DNA of 64,000 bases. Origin: Blasia pusilla (taxonomy: Eukaryota). The stretch lies in the NCBI GenBank assembly GCA_050084515.1, contig CM114271.1:45694001-45758000 (forward strand). The letters are read 5' to 3'. Shown here one piece after another: positions 26,891 through 40,220 of the stretch (positions are counted from its first letter, which is position 1; each line of letters begins with the position of its first letter). The translations under genes were made by a program, and so were the position numbers. The notes under the pieces are model-generated. The model saw only the letters and a program-made list of their open reading frames with translations, ran no database searches and was not told the origin of the DNA.

Positions 26891-29443
26891 TTTGTTATGT
26901 GCAATGGTCTTTTAATCTATTACTATGGAACCAATGTCCAGGAGAAGCGGGGTTACGTGTTGTTGAGCGAAAAGAATTTGAGAATTTCGATTGATTTGTC
27001 ACTTACGGCCAAAACCGAGGGTTCTAGGAGGGTGTTCTCTATATTCGTATTTGTTTAGCCGGCTCAATTGTGAAATCTTCAAAATTGCCTTTCGGTTTTG
27101 TAGAGACCGGAAATGTACCGGTTGTCACTTAAAAAAACTCCCGGACCCTATATGGAACTTCTAAATTTGGGTGTAAGCAATAAATACTCTTGCAATCCCT
27201 CCATAACTTCGAAGCCCTAAAGGCCGATTTGTACCCGGACAACTCTTGGCTTAGTGAGGGGCCAATGCAATGATCGGGGAGATTCGGCGATTCTGAGTAA
27301 AGTTAGCGATAAAATTCGAGAATTACCGACTGCTTTTAAGGCCCTCGAAAAACCGGCTGGATTCGAACATGTCCTTTGTATTTTGTATCTGAAAACCAGT
27401 TCAAAAACCGGGATTACTGTTTCGGACTGGAAATTCCCGGAAATGTACCGGGTCCCACGAAAAAACTCCCCGAACCCTGGGCCAATGTGATCAACAGATC
27501 TCCCTCCTCGAGAAGATCTTTAATGTCAAATAATAAGGAAAAATTTCAAAATCGTTCCAAAAGCCGTTAGGAGCGAAGTCGGCGGATGTCAAGAAACCCT
27601 TTCGCGACGGATCTCATCATCCAACGGCTGTCAAAAGCGTGCGACAGACGGCTAGTAACACATGTCCACACTTGCTCGAAAGTCCACGTGTCATAACATG
27701 CGCTGTTTGCACCGGGAGACAACACTCTCGCATAATAATATAGATTTGCTATCGCAGCCATGGTATCTACTATGTACAGCAGCATGTCTCCTACCCTTAA
27801 AAACATCGGTCGCTGCTCCCCATTATGCCGGGGCTGCATTCTTGTCCCCCATTATGGCATGGATAGGAAAGTAGACCTATCTCATGGGACACATGGGTCG
27901 TCCTGACAAAGCCATAAAGATTCAGATCGATCTTGATCGACGGACGGCCCGATTCCATCCGCTGAGATGAGTCGCCATTTTTTCACGGCATCGCAAATTT
28001 TCTTGCGCTGGTGTTTTTGTGTTGGTCAGGGCAGCGTCCTAGGGTTTAGGGCCTGGGGCACGGACAGAAGCAGAAACGAAGCAGGCAGTTTTATAGAAGA
28101 ACACCGGGAGGTATTTGACCTTTTAAAATTTCCCGGCCGGCTGCCTCTCCGTTCACGTCGAGGATCAGGTGACAGGTGGAGCCATTGGGAGGTGGACTCT
28201 GCAGTAGACACCAACTGGACAGTAGTCATCAAGACCTCAATAAATATGCACAAAGTATCATCGGTTGCGCGGGTGAAAAAAAGGTTAATTAATCGTACTT
28301 TGGGCTTGCACACGGGAAGGCTTAAAAAAACCTACGTGTCGAGGAGGGGTTCCCCATATCTGTCCTCCCATGAAAACCCATCCGAAAAACAAAAAGGGGA
28401 AGTAAAGTTACTTGTGATCCCAGCGAGATACGAAATCGCGCTCACGATCGGAGCTGTTATTTTCCAGTAACATCTGAGCATTTGACTAGTAGCTCACTTT
28501 TGGAAGATAGGAGTCGATTAGATTTTGCGCGTGTGAGGAGAAGTTAGAAACAGGTTGCCATGTGGTCTGGGTACAACAACAGCTTGTCAATTCCAGATTC
28601 ATAGGAGAGCACAGCGGTATGTTGAGCTCAATCCACTCCGAGTTGTATGCTCAACGCATTTCAAGAATTTTCTCTTGGACCATCCCTGTCGCTCCCTAAG
28701 CCTGTGTATTCCAATTGGTATTTCTATTCACGTCAATGTCACACATACTTAAGGGTGACTCATGGCAGTAAGGAAATGTCCTAGCAAATCCGGCGTTACG
28801 ATTTCAGGCGTGGAATCTTGTTAAGTCAAAGGCAGTTTTGTTTCCCCTTGGGACCAGGCGAACCAGTGATTTTGTTTGGCACCTCTCTCGTATCTCTGGC
28901 AATCGTAGAAGAAGTGTTTTCTCACTTTTATAGGACTTCTTGTTGGGAGTTCCATTCCGATGTTCACTGCCGAATCAGTGCAGCGCTAACTTGTGCACAA
29001 CTGGAAAGATGAGCAGCTTCATTTCTGAGCTTTGTGCAACGCTCACGGGCCGACGACATGAAGAATTGATCGTGAATGTACTCAACCGAGTGAAGCTTGC
29101 AAGGGAGTTGAGACAAGTTTCGGCATTGAGAGTAAATTCGGAGCTGAGATTTCTCAATGACGCGGGCGTGACGGAGAAATATTGCGCATTAAGTAGTATG
29201 TGTCGTAGGCTCCTTGCTCCGGTTGGACGGCGCTGCAAACTGGGATGAGTGAAGAGGGAAGCCAATATCAGATGAGAGGAGGTTGTAGTGGAGGGAGAGG
29301 AATATTGATTCGATTTGATTTCCTCATGTGCAGAAATTGTTCGATAGACGCTCATGGGAGATACAATTTGATATAGAAGCAGAAAATCCGGAGAACACAA
29401 GGTGATCATTAACGACGCCGCCTTATTTGCACGGCTGCACACA

Positions 29444-32400
29444 ATGAGCCGAGGACGTGCGGGGGAAGTCCTGTTCGGTGTGGTCGTGTGGTGTTTTAGT
29501 TTTCTGCAGACAACGAACGCTCAAATAGGTACTTCCATCTTCAAGTTCGTGGCTGAATTGCCTAGCAGTTCTGGCAACACTCGAGGATATTCGAATCAGG
29601 TCAAGCAAATTCTTCTTTAGCTAATGGTGAAGGGAACCTAGGACCTAAATAGGATTGTGCGTGCAGCTTCTTTCGGGTTGGTTTCAAGCATAATTGTGGT
29701 AACTACGGAGGCCCATTCGATCTTTGAGCGCAGGTTTCATCAGTATCGATTGCGGCACGGGTTCCAACTACACTGACAATCGCAAGATTTTTTGGGTAAA
29801 CGATGAAAGATATACGGTGACGGGGCAGAATGGCATAGTAGATATCTCGGGAGCAAATCTCAACACAAATCAAGTGAATGATATTGGCCCGCAGTTGCAG
29901 ACGATCAGATACTTCCCTGGGACCCAGAGCAAGTCGTGTTACATGATTCCTGAAGTCGAAGCGAACCAGTTGTACCTTGTTCGCTTGATGTTCCTCGCTG
30001 GTGACTTGACTTCCAAGCTGGGGAAATCGATCACCTTCGGCGTGACACTTGGAAATTACCGGTGGGAGGATGTTGTAATCGATGATCCTCTCACTCCTGT
30101 GATCATGGAAGCTGTACTTACAACGATGATGAGTCCGTGGCCTATCTGCTTCCTGCGCGACGTAGGGACTCCGTTCATCTCGTCGATCGAAATCCGAATT
30201 CTCCCCAGGTTTTATTACCAAACAAGTCTTCTGCAGTTGCACGTCCTCACGGGCGTTTATAGGATTGACTGTGGCTTGAAATCGGGCAGCGCAAACCTGA
30301 GGTCGGTACACCTCACCTATCCTTGCTCCACTGGCGGCTATGCATTGACAGTCAGACCTCCTTCCTATAATGTCGTGAAATATGCGCAATGTGCAATGCT
30401 TCCCAATAACTTTTTGTGGTCTTGAACTACTCTTGAAGCTCAAATGAGGTCTGTACGTCGAACGCTTCTTGGCACTCGAGAGATTGTTAGCTCTATTTCA
30501 TCACGTCATGGTCATGGACTAAATTTCAAGAGTATTCAAAGTGGACGCCTACAGACGCGGTGACCTAATTCTTCATTATTTCGGTCTCGATGGGAAGAAA
30601 TTACTCTAATCGCATTCATAGTCGCACGAGTCATTCCCTTTCCTTTCTCACTCCCATGAAATTTTCCATGAACTTCAGTAATTAAAACTGCCTCGTCCTC
30701 CCTTTTTAAGTCTACGAATCCGACCAAATCCAGGCAACCCTGATCCTATCCTACAATGCGTGCATCAAAAGTTGTTACCTTCGAAAAACAGAGCGAGACT
30801 TGCAATGTTGGAGGACTTGTAAGGAAGAGCGAATGTTTCACTTGTCCTTCAACTTCAGGTCTTGCATTGATTGCCATGTACTAAACACAGTGAAGGGGGG
30901 GCCATACAACTCCAACTTGTCCGGTCTGACAATCCAGGCTACTGACGATCGTACGCATGTTTTTAATGCCTCCAGATACCCCTCAGACACCTTCGATCGC
31001 TTCTGGACGCCCGATCCCGCCAACTTCAGCTTCCCTAAACGCAGAGCTTCTATCTTCGGGATTACTATTCGGTGAGTCTCCCCAACGAGGCGTTACGATC
31101 TGCTTGGGTCGCTCCGTCGCTTAATTCGAGCATCTCCTTCTCTTGGCCCATCCCTCCGTTGCAGAAGGCGCACTACGTCAGCTTCTTCTTCGTGGAGCCT
31201 CAACAAGTGAAGCCCACTGACATTCGGGAGGTGGACATATATTTGAGCGGCGTATACCAAGAAACGGCGACCATTAACTCGTCGGTGTTTTCCACGTTTG
31301 ACATAACCAGACCCGTTTACACGTCGTTGAACGTCACCCTTTTCGGAATCCGAGATCCACTTTGCCGGTGATGCTGAACGCGGTCGAGTCGTATATGTTT
31401 GATTCATACAATTACTCCTTCGTTACACATCCGGACGATGGTACGTGCTTCTTAATTTCCTGACGGTCTTTTAACTTATATTTGCCCTTCCATTTCGCAA
31501 TTTCCTTTTCTCTTGCATTTTCAGCTAGTAAAACCGCTTTTCTAGTGAGCCAATTGCTCGAAAATGATTAAAAATGATACGCAAAAATTTCAAATATGGG
31601 AGGTAATTTAATTAGCACAAGTGTAGGCTTATATAATCTATATACATAGACTAATGGTTGGTTTTCGGAAGTGTCGTATGGAGCTCACACTATCGCTGAA
31701 AAAATACTTTGACCCGTTTCATTGTGAAAAGAATACTATTTTATTTTTCGTTATTCCCCAAAGATTTACTCTGATTCTCCTCGACTTACACAATGATAAT
31801 ACACGTTTAAAAAAGCAATTAAACTTGTAATCCCAAGACGGCTAAACCTTAGCCTTTGCTGCATGGACAAGCAGCAGCCGCCATTGCTTCATTCATAACG
31901 AGCGCCAACTTAACAACTTGGAGCGGTGATCCTTGCTTGCCTGTTCCATACTCTTGGTTAAAGTGCAGTTCTCCACAAGTTTCAAACATTTCTAGGGTTT
32001 TGCAAATGTAAGTTCTACTTCCAATGTTTTTCCTTTCTTAATCGGATTTGACTTGTTTGATTTATATGTGCAATAGAAGTGAGAAGCTTTGATCAACATA
32101 TTACTTATTATGTGGTTATGAATACTTGCAGAAACTTACTGAATCAGAATATCAGTGGCTTTATTACAAAAGATATTGCAAAATTAATCGAGTTGCGGAT
32201 CTGTAAGAGCTAGAATCCTTCGAACTTCATTTGGTTGTGGATATCTTAAACCAATTTACTTTGAATGTTCTACTTCTGGAGTTTTTGGGAAGGAAGATCT
32301 CCTTAGAAACATTGTGACGGATGTCAAGGTTGCGTCCGCACTAAAGTCAAGTTGGAGATGCATGAGCAGGGCATTGGACAACAATAATATAACTGGTACC

Positions 32401-35400
32401 ATCCCCGACTTGAGTGCTCTCATCAATCTTCAAACAATGTAAGGGAGTGAATTGGATCCCATGCAGACTGTTGTGGTTTACAATGCACTCAATTATTTTT
32501 GGAAGTGGCTTTTCCCATCCTAAAGTAGCCCTTATTTTGTTCACACGATATATTTATGTTTACATTTTTTACTACTTTTGGCGCATTGAGATGTGCAGAC
32601 GATTTCAAAACAACCAATTACAAGGATCTATTCCGGATTCATTGGCTCTGCTCCCAAATCTCACATTGTTGTACGTAGAAACTTCTCATGGTATTAACAA
32701 AGTTATGACGCATATTAGAGCATTCAATTGAAGAGATATTTTGTTTTGAATGGCTTTCAATGAGAAGGATTGCAAAGTGTTCACATAATTGGGGATGGGT
32801 AAGTTTCTTATAAGAAGTTGCCTATAATCACAAGGCACCAATTATGATATAGAGAATATATTCAAGAATCATAGAAAGTAGTTTGAACTGCAATTTCAAG
32901 TTGTAGTTGTCATGATCATCTTGAGAAGTTGTTATTATCCCAATTAGAAGATGGGTACTAATGTGACCAAAGTTATTGTAAATAGATTTGGTCTTGACTA
33001 TACAATGGATGAGTAGTATGTAACTATGGTGTTTTGTGCATATTGTCCAGAACTTTGGACCATAATCTCTTGGAGGGAGGGCTACCACCAGGTCTAGCGA
33101 AGAAAATTGATATGGGCTCATTGACTTTTTCGTAGGCATTCCTCTCCTTCTTGGTTCTAAGGTGTAACTCAATGATATATGTTGTATATAAGTGAGCGCA
33201 TGATCAAGTTTCAAACAATTGATTGATCAAGAACATTATTGATCTACAAATTTAAAATAGCATTGCTTATTTTGGAATTCCTACAGGGCGAGTGATAATC
33301 CCCACCTATGTTTTGGAGGAAATCCATGCTTACGATCAACAAATAGTTCATCAACCTCTTTCCCAAGAACTCCTTCCAAGAGCTCAAGCTCTAACATTGG
33401 GCCCAAAGTGGGTGCGGCAATAGGTGCCGTACTTGGGCTACTACTTCTAGTGATGATTTTGGTTTGTGTATATAGAAAGAGAACGAACTCCAAGCTGCCA
33501 GGTATGAAAATACATTCTCAATCCAATAATGGTTGTCTACCTATCTTAGTTGCTTTCACGTACTTGGTTCTTTGAGTCCCCTCTTTTTTGTATTCTTGAT
33601 AGATTTCCCTCCTGCTTTTTGTTGAGGTTTTATTCCTACATATACTTATATAAATTGCTGTAATATGTGCTATAATCGTGAATTCGTTGAATATCTTTAT
33701 ATTTTTCTTCTTTCTCTTCTATTTGTGACTACTGAATGGATTCTTTTTGTTAGTCCAGGTGAATCGAATGTGAATGTTGTCGCCCATGGGGTTTCTTCTT
33801 TTTCAAACCAACCTAGAGATCCAAACCAACCAATCCCTTTCTCACGAATCGAGGTACTTCAAGCCACAAACAACTTTTCGAGAAAAATTGGCAAAGGTGG
33901 CTATGGAGATGTTTACTACGGACAATTGCCTGATGGTCAAGAGGTGGCCGTGAAAGTGAACAAAGGAAATTCTCACCAAGGAGCAAAGGAGTTTTTGAAT
34001 GAGGTAAATCACATCATCATCAATTGATGCCCATGTCCAAGTAGGATCAAGCATCACAAAGATTTTAACTCATTTCCATGTTTAATTGCAAGTACTTTCA
34101 ATCATCGAGCTTTAAATCTCATTTAGTATTTGGTGGTGGATGTGGTTAGGTAACGCTCTTGTCAAGATTACACCACAAAAATTTGGTGTCTTTTGTGGGT
34201 TATTGCAAGGAAGAAAATGAGCGTGTTTTGATATATGGATTTATGTCTCAAGGGACATTGCAAGAGCACCTCTATGGTAAGCATCCCCTTCATTTCACTC
34301 CAATAATCCCTTCATCCCATCCAATTGATCTCATACCAACTCAAATCATCCTTCAACTCATGAGTAGATATAGACTTTTTCCTTTGACCAATTGTTCAAA
34401 GGTTTTGTTATTTCCTAACCATCTAGTAATATGCTTGATTGAAAGGAAATCTTTTCTATTGAGGCATTTAGAAATAAAACTCTTGGAATAGTGGGAAGAA
34501 CTTGAGTGTGTTTAAAAGACTCCTATGTTTCCACTAAGTTGTTTCTCCCTTTGAAATAGGTGAAGGAGGGGCTCCTGTACAACAACCACTAGATTGGCGA
34601 ACAAGACTAGATATTGTCCTCAATGCTGCTCGAGGTGATGATGATACTCGGATTTAGCTTGCATTTAAACTCAAGCATATGCAGGCCAATGTTATGAAGA
34701 TATGCATGTAGAGCATTTATTCCTTTCAAATGAAAGATGTGTGATTCTCTTCACCCCAAAATAATCCTTCATGCAATTGATTTTTTGTTCTACTCTAACT
34801 GTAAGTTTTTCATGTTTGTGGCTTCTATACTTTCCCAGGAATTGAGTACCTACATCATTCTTGCTCTCCCCCTGTCATTCATCGTGACATAAAACCAAGC
34901 AATATTTTATTGACCGATAGGCTCACGGCCAAAATATCAGATTTTGGCATTTCAAAAAGCATAATTCAAAATAATCAATTTGGGATCATGACGGGAGTGA
35001 AGGGTTCCTTCGGCTATCTTGACCCAGAGTAAGTCTCTTCTCCACTTAGACCACCCATACTTTCATGAATTCAAAAAAATTTCACAAACTCAATAAATAT
35101 CTTTGTATTTAAGATAGGATTTGTTGTGGTCATTGGTCAGGTACTCCAAGGAGAATCGATTGAACTTAAAGAGCGATATCTATAGCTTTGGCGTTGTTTT
35201 GCTTGAAGTTATCACAGGGAGAAAATACAACACAACTCAATTTCCAAATGGCGTGACATCCACTCTCATAGATTGGGTAAGTGCAATTGTATGAATATAA
35301 TATATGCTTTAATCATGGGATATTCTTTTCCTCTTTCCTCCCTCTGTTTGGCCTCATTACATAAATCATTAGAATAAGGAAAAAGGCGGTATGAAATCTA

Positions 35401-36084
35401 CATCACCTACAATGAAAGAAAGTATGCACCATACATAACAACTACAACTTATGATTCCTTAATTTTTACTTGTGTTTAACATCCATGTACATGAAAAAGA
35501 TTCTTCATTCCAATCTTAGGAGTGTTGTAGTTTTTTTTTTTTAAAGCTCTTGCACATGAACTTTCACCTCATTAGTGGATCTTAGCTTTAACTTTGGGTT
35601 ATTTGCAACTAGTTCTAATGAGATCTTCAAAATGTCATTTTTCTTGGTAATCTAGAGAAACAAGTGTACCCTTATCCCTTTGGATAATGGTATTGAGAAG
35701 TTGTAACAATAAAAGAGGTTGTTTCGACAGGTGGGAGATGGTCTACGGGGAAATTCTATCCAAGAGATAGTCGATCCTATGTTAACTACAAATTACAATT
35801 TAGACTCTGCTTGGAGACTTGTAGAGTTAGCGATGGCATGTTTAGAGCCTCATGCAGTGAATAGACCGGATATACAAGAAGTTGTTATTGCATTGAGCGA
35901 GGCTTTGGATCTAGAGGAGCATCAACAAGGGATCATAACACCTTCAAATCATTCTCCATCTGACCTTGTTGCTTCTTCTTTTGACCAATACCAACGAGTT
36001 TACCCAGGATCCCGATCTTCTGCTAGGTCCTCCAATGAGAGCTTTCCTACAATGACTTTGAGTACCAATGTTGCAGCTAGGTAA
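29444..36084 (+). CDS. Malectin-like domain LRR receptor-like Ser/Thr kinase (LRR-I / MLD-LRR-RLK), 15 exons
   Basis: GT-AG exons about 29444-29528, 29734-30301, 30976-31440, 31875-32007, 32132-32202, 32370-32438, 32599-32670, 33051-33131, 33287-33502, 33759-34003, 34150-34276, 34560-34634, 34839-35028, 35141-35276 and 35731-36084. Signal peptide, GFISIDCG, RYPSDTFDRFW, WSGDPC, 4 LRR exons, TM, GKGGYG, VAVK, HRDIKPSN, DFG and GYLDPEY. Three apparent small indels. Confidence 0.92.
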
Positions 36085-37457
36085 TATTAGTCGAGTATCC
36101 TAGATTGAAAGGATTTAAGATTTGCCTTTTATATTCTTCCTATTTCTCTTACCACATGTGGAAAGAAAAAGATGGAAGAAAACTTGGATTGTAAACAGGC
36201 CGCATGTGATGTTTCAACATAAAATTAAGTCCTTGTAAATGAGCAAAACCCAGTGTTGTTGTTTTACAATGATAAGGACGATTGGTTTTTTAGTTGTGTC
36301 ATTGTATCCTAGATTGGAAATTGGAAGCCTTATTTTGTAAAGCAAAAAAATTAGTTTTTTGCTAATTTTTTTGCTGGTAACTAACCATATAGAATTGTCC
36401 ATGTCATTTGGGCCAGGGTAAAGAGATATCTACGATGTTGGATGATTTCACCCGAAAATTTTGTGACACCCAAAGCCTAAAGAACTCACGGACATTGTAA
36501 TTTGTGCGGGGTTTGCACTAGGCAGCCAAGTAGTGCTTGGCTTTGATTCACTAGAATTCACTCTATAAGAAGTGAAGTTCAAAAACCTGCAGATCAAAGA
36601 AAAAGGCAAGGACATAACTTCAATATACTATCCCATCTCTCTAAAATCTTACCTTATGGATATTGGACTCTTTTTCATCTTTTCATTTTTTGATCTTATT
36701 TAGTGATGCATGTCGTGCTTTCATTGGCGGCTTGAAAGGACTCTACACGGACCCCTTTAATCCATACTATGAATTATTGCGGCCATATCCACACATGTGT
36801 GTTATAGTCACATAATCAGCTTTGGAATAAATGAGATGCTTGTGATAGTTGATTTGAGGTCAAAGTTGGAGTCACGAAGTTGGAACTGCGAGCGGAGGTG
36901 AACTAAGAGTCGTAAGAAGTTGGAGGTGTGGTCTAAAGGGATGTTGGAGCCGCGGCGACAACGATGCCTGAGATTTTTTTTACCTGGTAGAACTGAAATT
37001 TTCTTTTTTGGATCACATGGTGTTGTTGGATCTCTTTGATTGCAACGCCTTCAAGCTGAGTCGCAATAAGAGGAGAGGAAGAGAGAAGAGAGGAAACTAC
37101 CTTCAACCCAAAGAGATATATTTTTCTAAAGAGAGTTTCTGTTGGGTTGAAGAGAGGAATTTTTTTTTATGAACAATTTTGCAATTTTTTTCTCTGTTTA
37201 GTCACTCCCATACATTGGTTTTTTCTCTTCCATAGTTTGGCAACCCGTCTAAATCTGACTATTAGCGACTTGCACAAAATAAAAATAATTGGAATCACAA
37301 ATGTGGAACAAATCACTTTTTCCATCCAAGGTCTGAAAAAAAAATCATCATTTTTCCATAGCTGATTAGAGTTCAAGCTCATAGTGAACATTTTGGCACT
37401 TCAAAGTACAATCTAAGACCTCATTTTGCATCCTCACAGTGGTTTGTTTAGGATACT

Positions 37458-38075
37458 TCACACTTCTTTGAGGGACAAAATTGGTTGGTAGATTCCTACT
37501 CCTACCTTCGACTCTCCTAAAACTACAAGCAACACATAGTACATGTGCTTACAAGGGAAATACCTTTTCCCACTTGTCTCTCTTTGGACAAAGTCATTAC
37601 AGGAACATGTGGGAAACCAATAGATATGTACCACGTATACCCCTGTCACACTTGAATCAACAATTTTGTTCCTGACCCAATACATCCTTCCTATTCCAAT
37701 GCCACTATGAACCTCTTTTGTGGCGATGATTTCCATGTTTGCCTCTTGAGCTGATGCGATTCTCTTTGCTCTCTCCATTGTTCCTCTACACATTTTGTTT
37801 CTCTTCACCTCATTTCTAGACTCGAACAGAAATAGTGGATTAAGATCATCCACTTTCTACGGGTACATGTTAACATCAATCTTGGGAAATACGAAGGTCC
37901 CTCTAATACAAACATGCTCTGAAATCCCTCCCTCTACGAGTCTGAAATCGGCACTTGTAAGATTGTCCACTTCATCTTGAATGCAAGTGGTATCTCCAGC
38001 AATGGGCCAAATTTTTGGGGTATTCCTGCGGCTCAATGGCAGCCGATTAAGACTTTCAAAAAGCGCATGATTCAT
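37458..38075 (-). pseudogene. SWIM zinc-finger protein fragment, probably transposon-associated
   Basis: YVVHIYWFPTCSCNDFVQRETSGKRYFPCKHMYYV fits CxC-x(n)-CxH SWIM. Two same-frame ORFs are separated by a TAG at 37857-37859. Confidence 0.65.
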
Positions 38076-38989
38076 TTGGGAAGAAGAAGTACTTCAATTG
38101 ATCCTCGATTCTAGTAAAACAATCAAAGGTTTTTAGCCCCCAGAAGCCTGGCAGTGGTTGTCTTGTCCTTGTACAATTCTTATTCAAGAAAGTGCCATAT
38201 GCTCTCCTATTGCCATCCGATCCTGCCCTGCAAGTTAGGCCACGTCCAAGGTTTCTTCAAGAAATATGCAATTGCTTGAGGCTGCAATCAATCTCAACGA
38301 CCGGAATCCCGTACTTTTGAACTATCCCCGAGATTATATGTTGGGAAGTTCTAGCAATAGAGGGATTTTAAAATAAAACATTCATTGATTGTGCGAGAAG
38401 GTATTTCAACTCGGGTCGGGAGCATTCGGTGTCTCTGAATACAGGCGGGTAATTTCATCATCCAAATCAATCACCCGATTCGTTCCTCGATTTTGACGCT
38501 TGACTTGCTTGAAATCAATATACTTATAAGGTCTCTAAGAGTCTCGTTCAAACTGCTCTACCATCATCTATATGAGACATCTTGGAACACGCCCACGAAT
38601 GTCCCCACCAATGTGGACGTCTTTTCGAGAGGAGTTATAGCTATGCACCAATTGAAAGCTTCCACATATAATTTCTCATCCCCACATCTTACAACGGCTC
38701 TAACATAGAGCTCCTAAATCAAAGGGCCCTTTTACTTAATACTAATAAAACTCTCTCTAACATTTAATGAGAGAGGAGTTTACATAGTGAGTGATTTTAC
38801 TATACAACAACGCTTCCGCACGCACCTCTTCCACACGAAAAATTGGCAAAGAAACAACAAAATCAAGCAGATCTTGCTTCGGTCAGCACTCCCATGAGCT
38901 GTTGAATGGGGAACACGGTCCCCAACCTGCAACAACAAGTGACCAGGGAACTCCTTATTGAAACTCTCTCACTCACTCATTCTCTCTTT

Positions 38990-39625
<636 letters not shown>

Positions 39626-40220
39626 CCGCACTTCATATATATATATATAGACAGGATTCAAACCTCGACCTCAAGGTTATGAGCCTTGAGCTACTAGACT
39701 ACTCTACTCCGCATCTAGATTTCTTTGAATTATCCCCTTTACGTTGAGACATCATTTGTTACCCTTTGTTAGATTCAACTGAAACTTGGTGGGATTGATA
39801 GCTTGTAGGATTTAACTAAGAATGCAAGACCCCCATTATGGTTTAGGCCTTAGCTATGGATGTCTCAGATAAGACAATCTTCTAAATGAAGGAAGATCGA
39901 ACGGTCCCTTTATGACATGGATGGGGAGGGTTTTGCTAGTGAGAGAGCATGGAGTGGTGACCTGTCTTACAAACCTACATGTTTGGGACTTTGTATTTTT
40001 GTATTTTATCTCTGATCATTTTTTTTCCAAAGGATGGGTGCAGAAATAGGGCTACTCAATGGTGACCTCGTGAGCATTGCAATAGTTTTCGGGAAAACTT
40101 CGTTAGAAACTCTCGTCCCTTTTTTACAAGAGAAAGGTAGTCAACTTTATAAAGCGTCATTAGGGGTTGTAATGAAATGAAAAAAATTAATCAAAATGAG
40201 TCATACATCAATGAATGTAT

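Noticed and set aside
27967-29442. ORFs of 100-167 aa upstream of the RLK
   Set aside because: No recognisable domains. Probably promoter, 5' UTR or intron sequence.
29703-30443. 246-aa minus-strand ORF
   Set aside because: Antisense shadow of the malectin-like exon 2.
29444-36084. Assigning the symbol SYMRK or IOS1
   Set aside because: The architecture is shared by a large family, and orthology needs a phylogeny.
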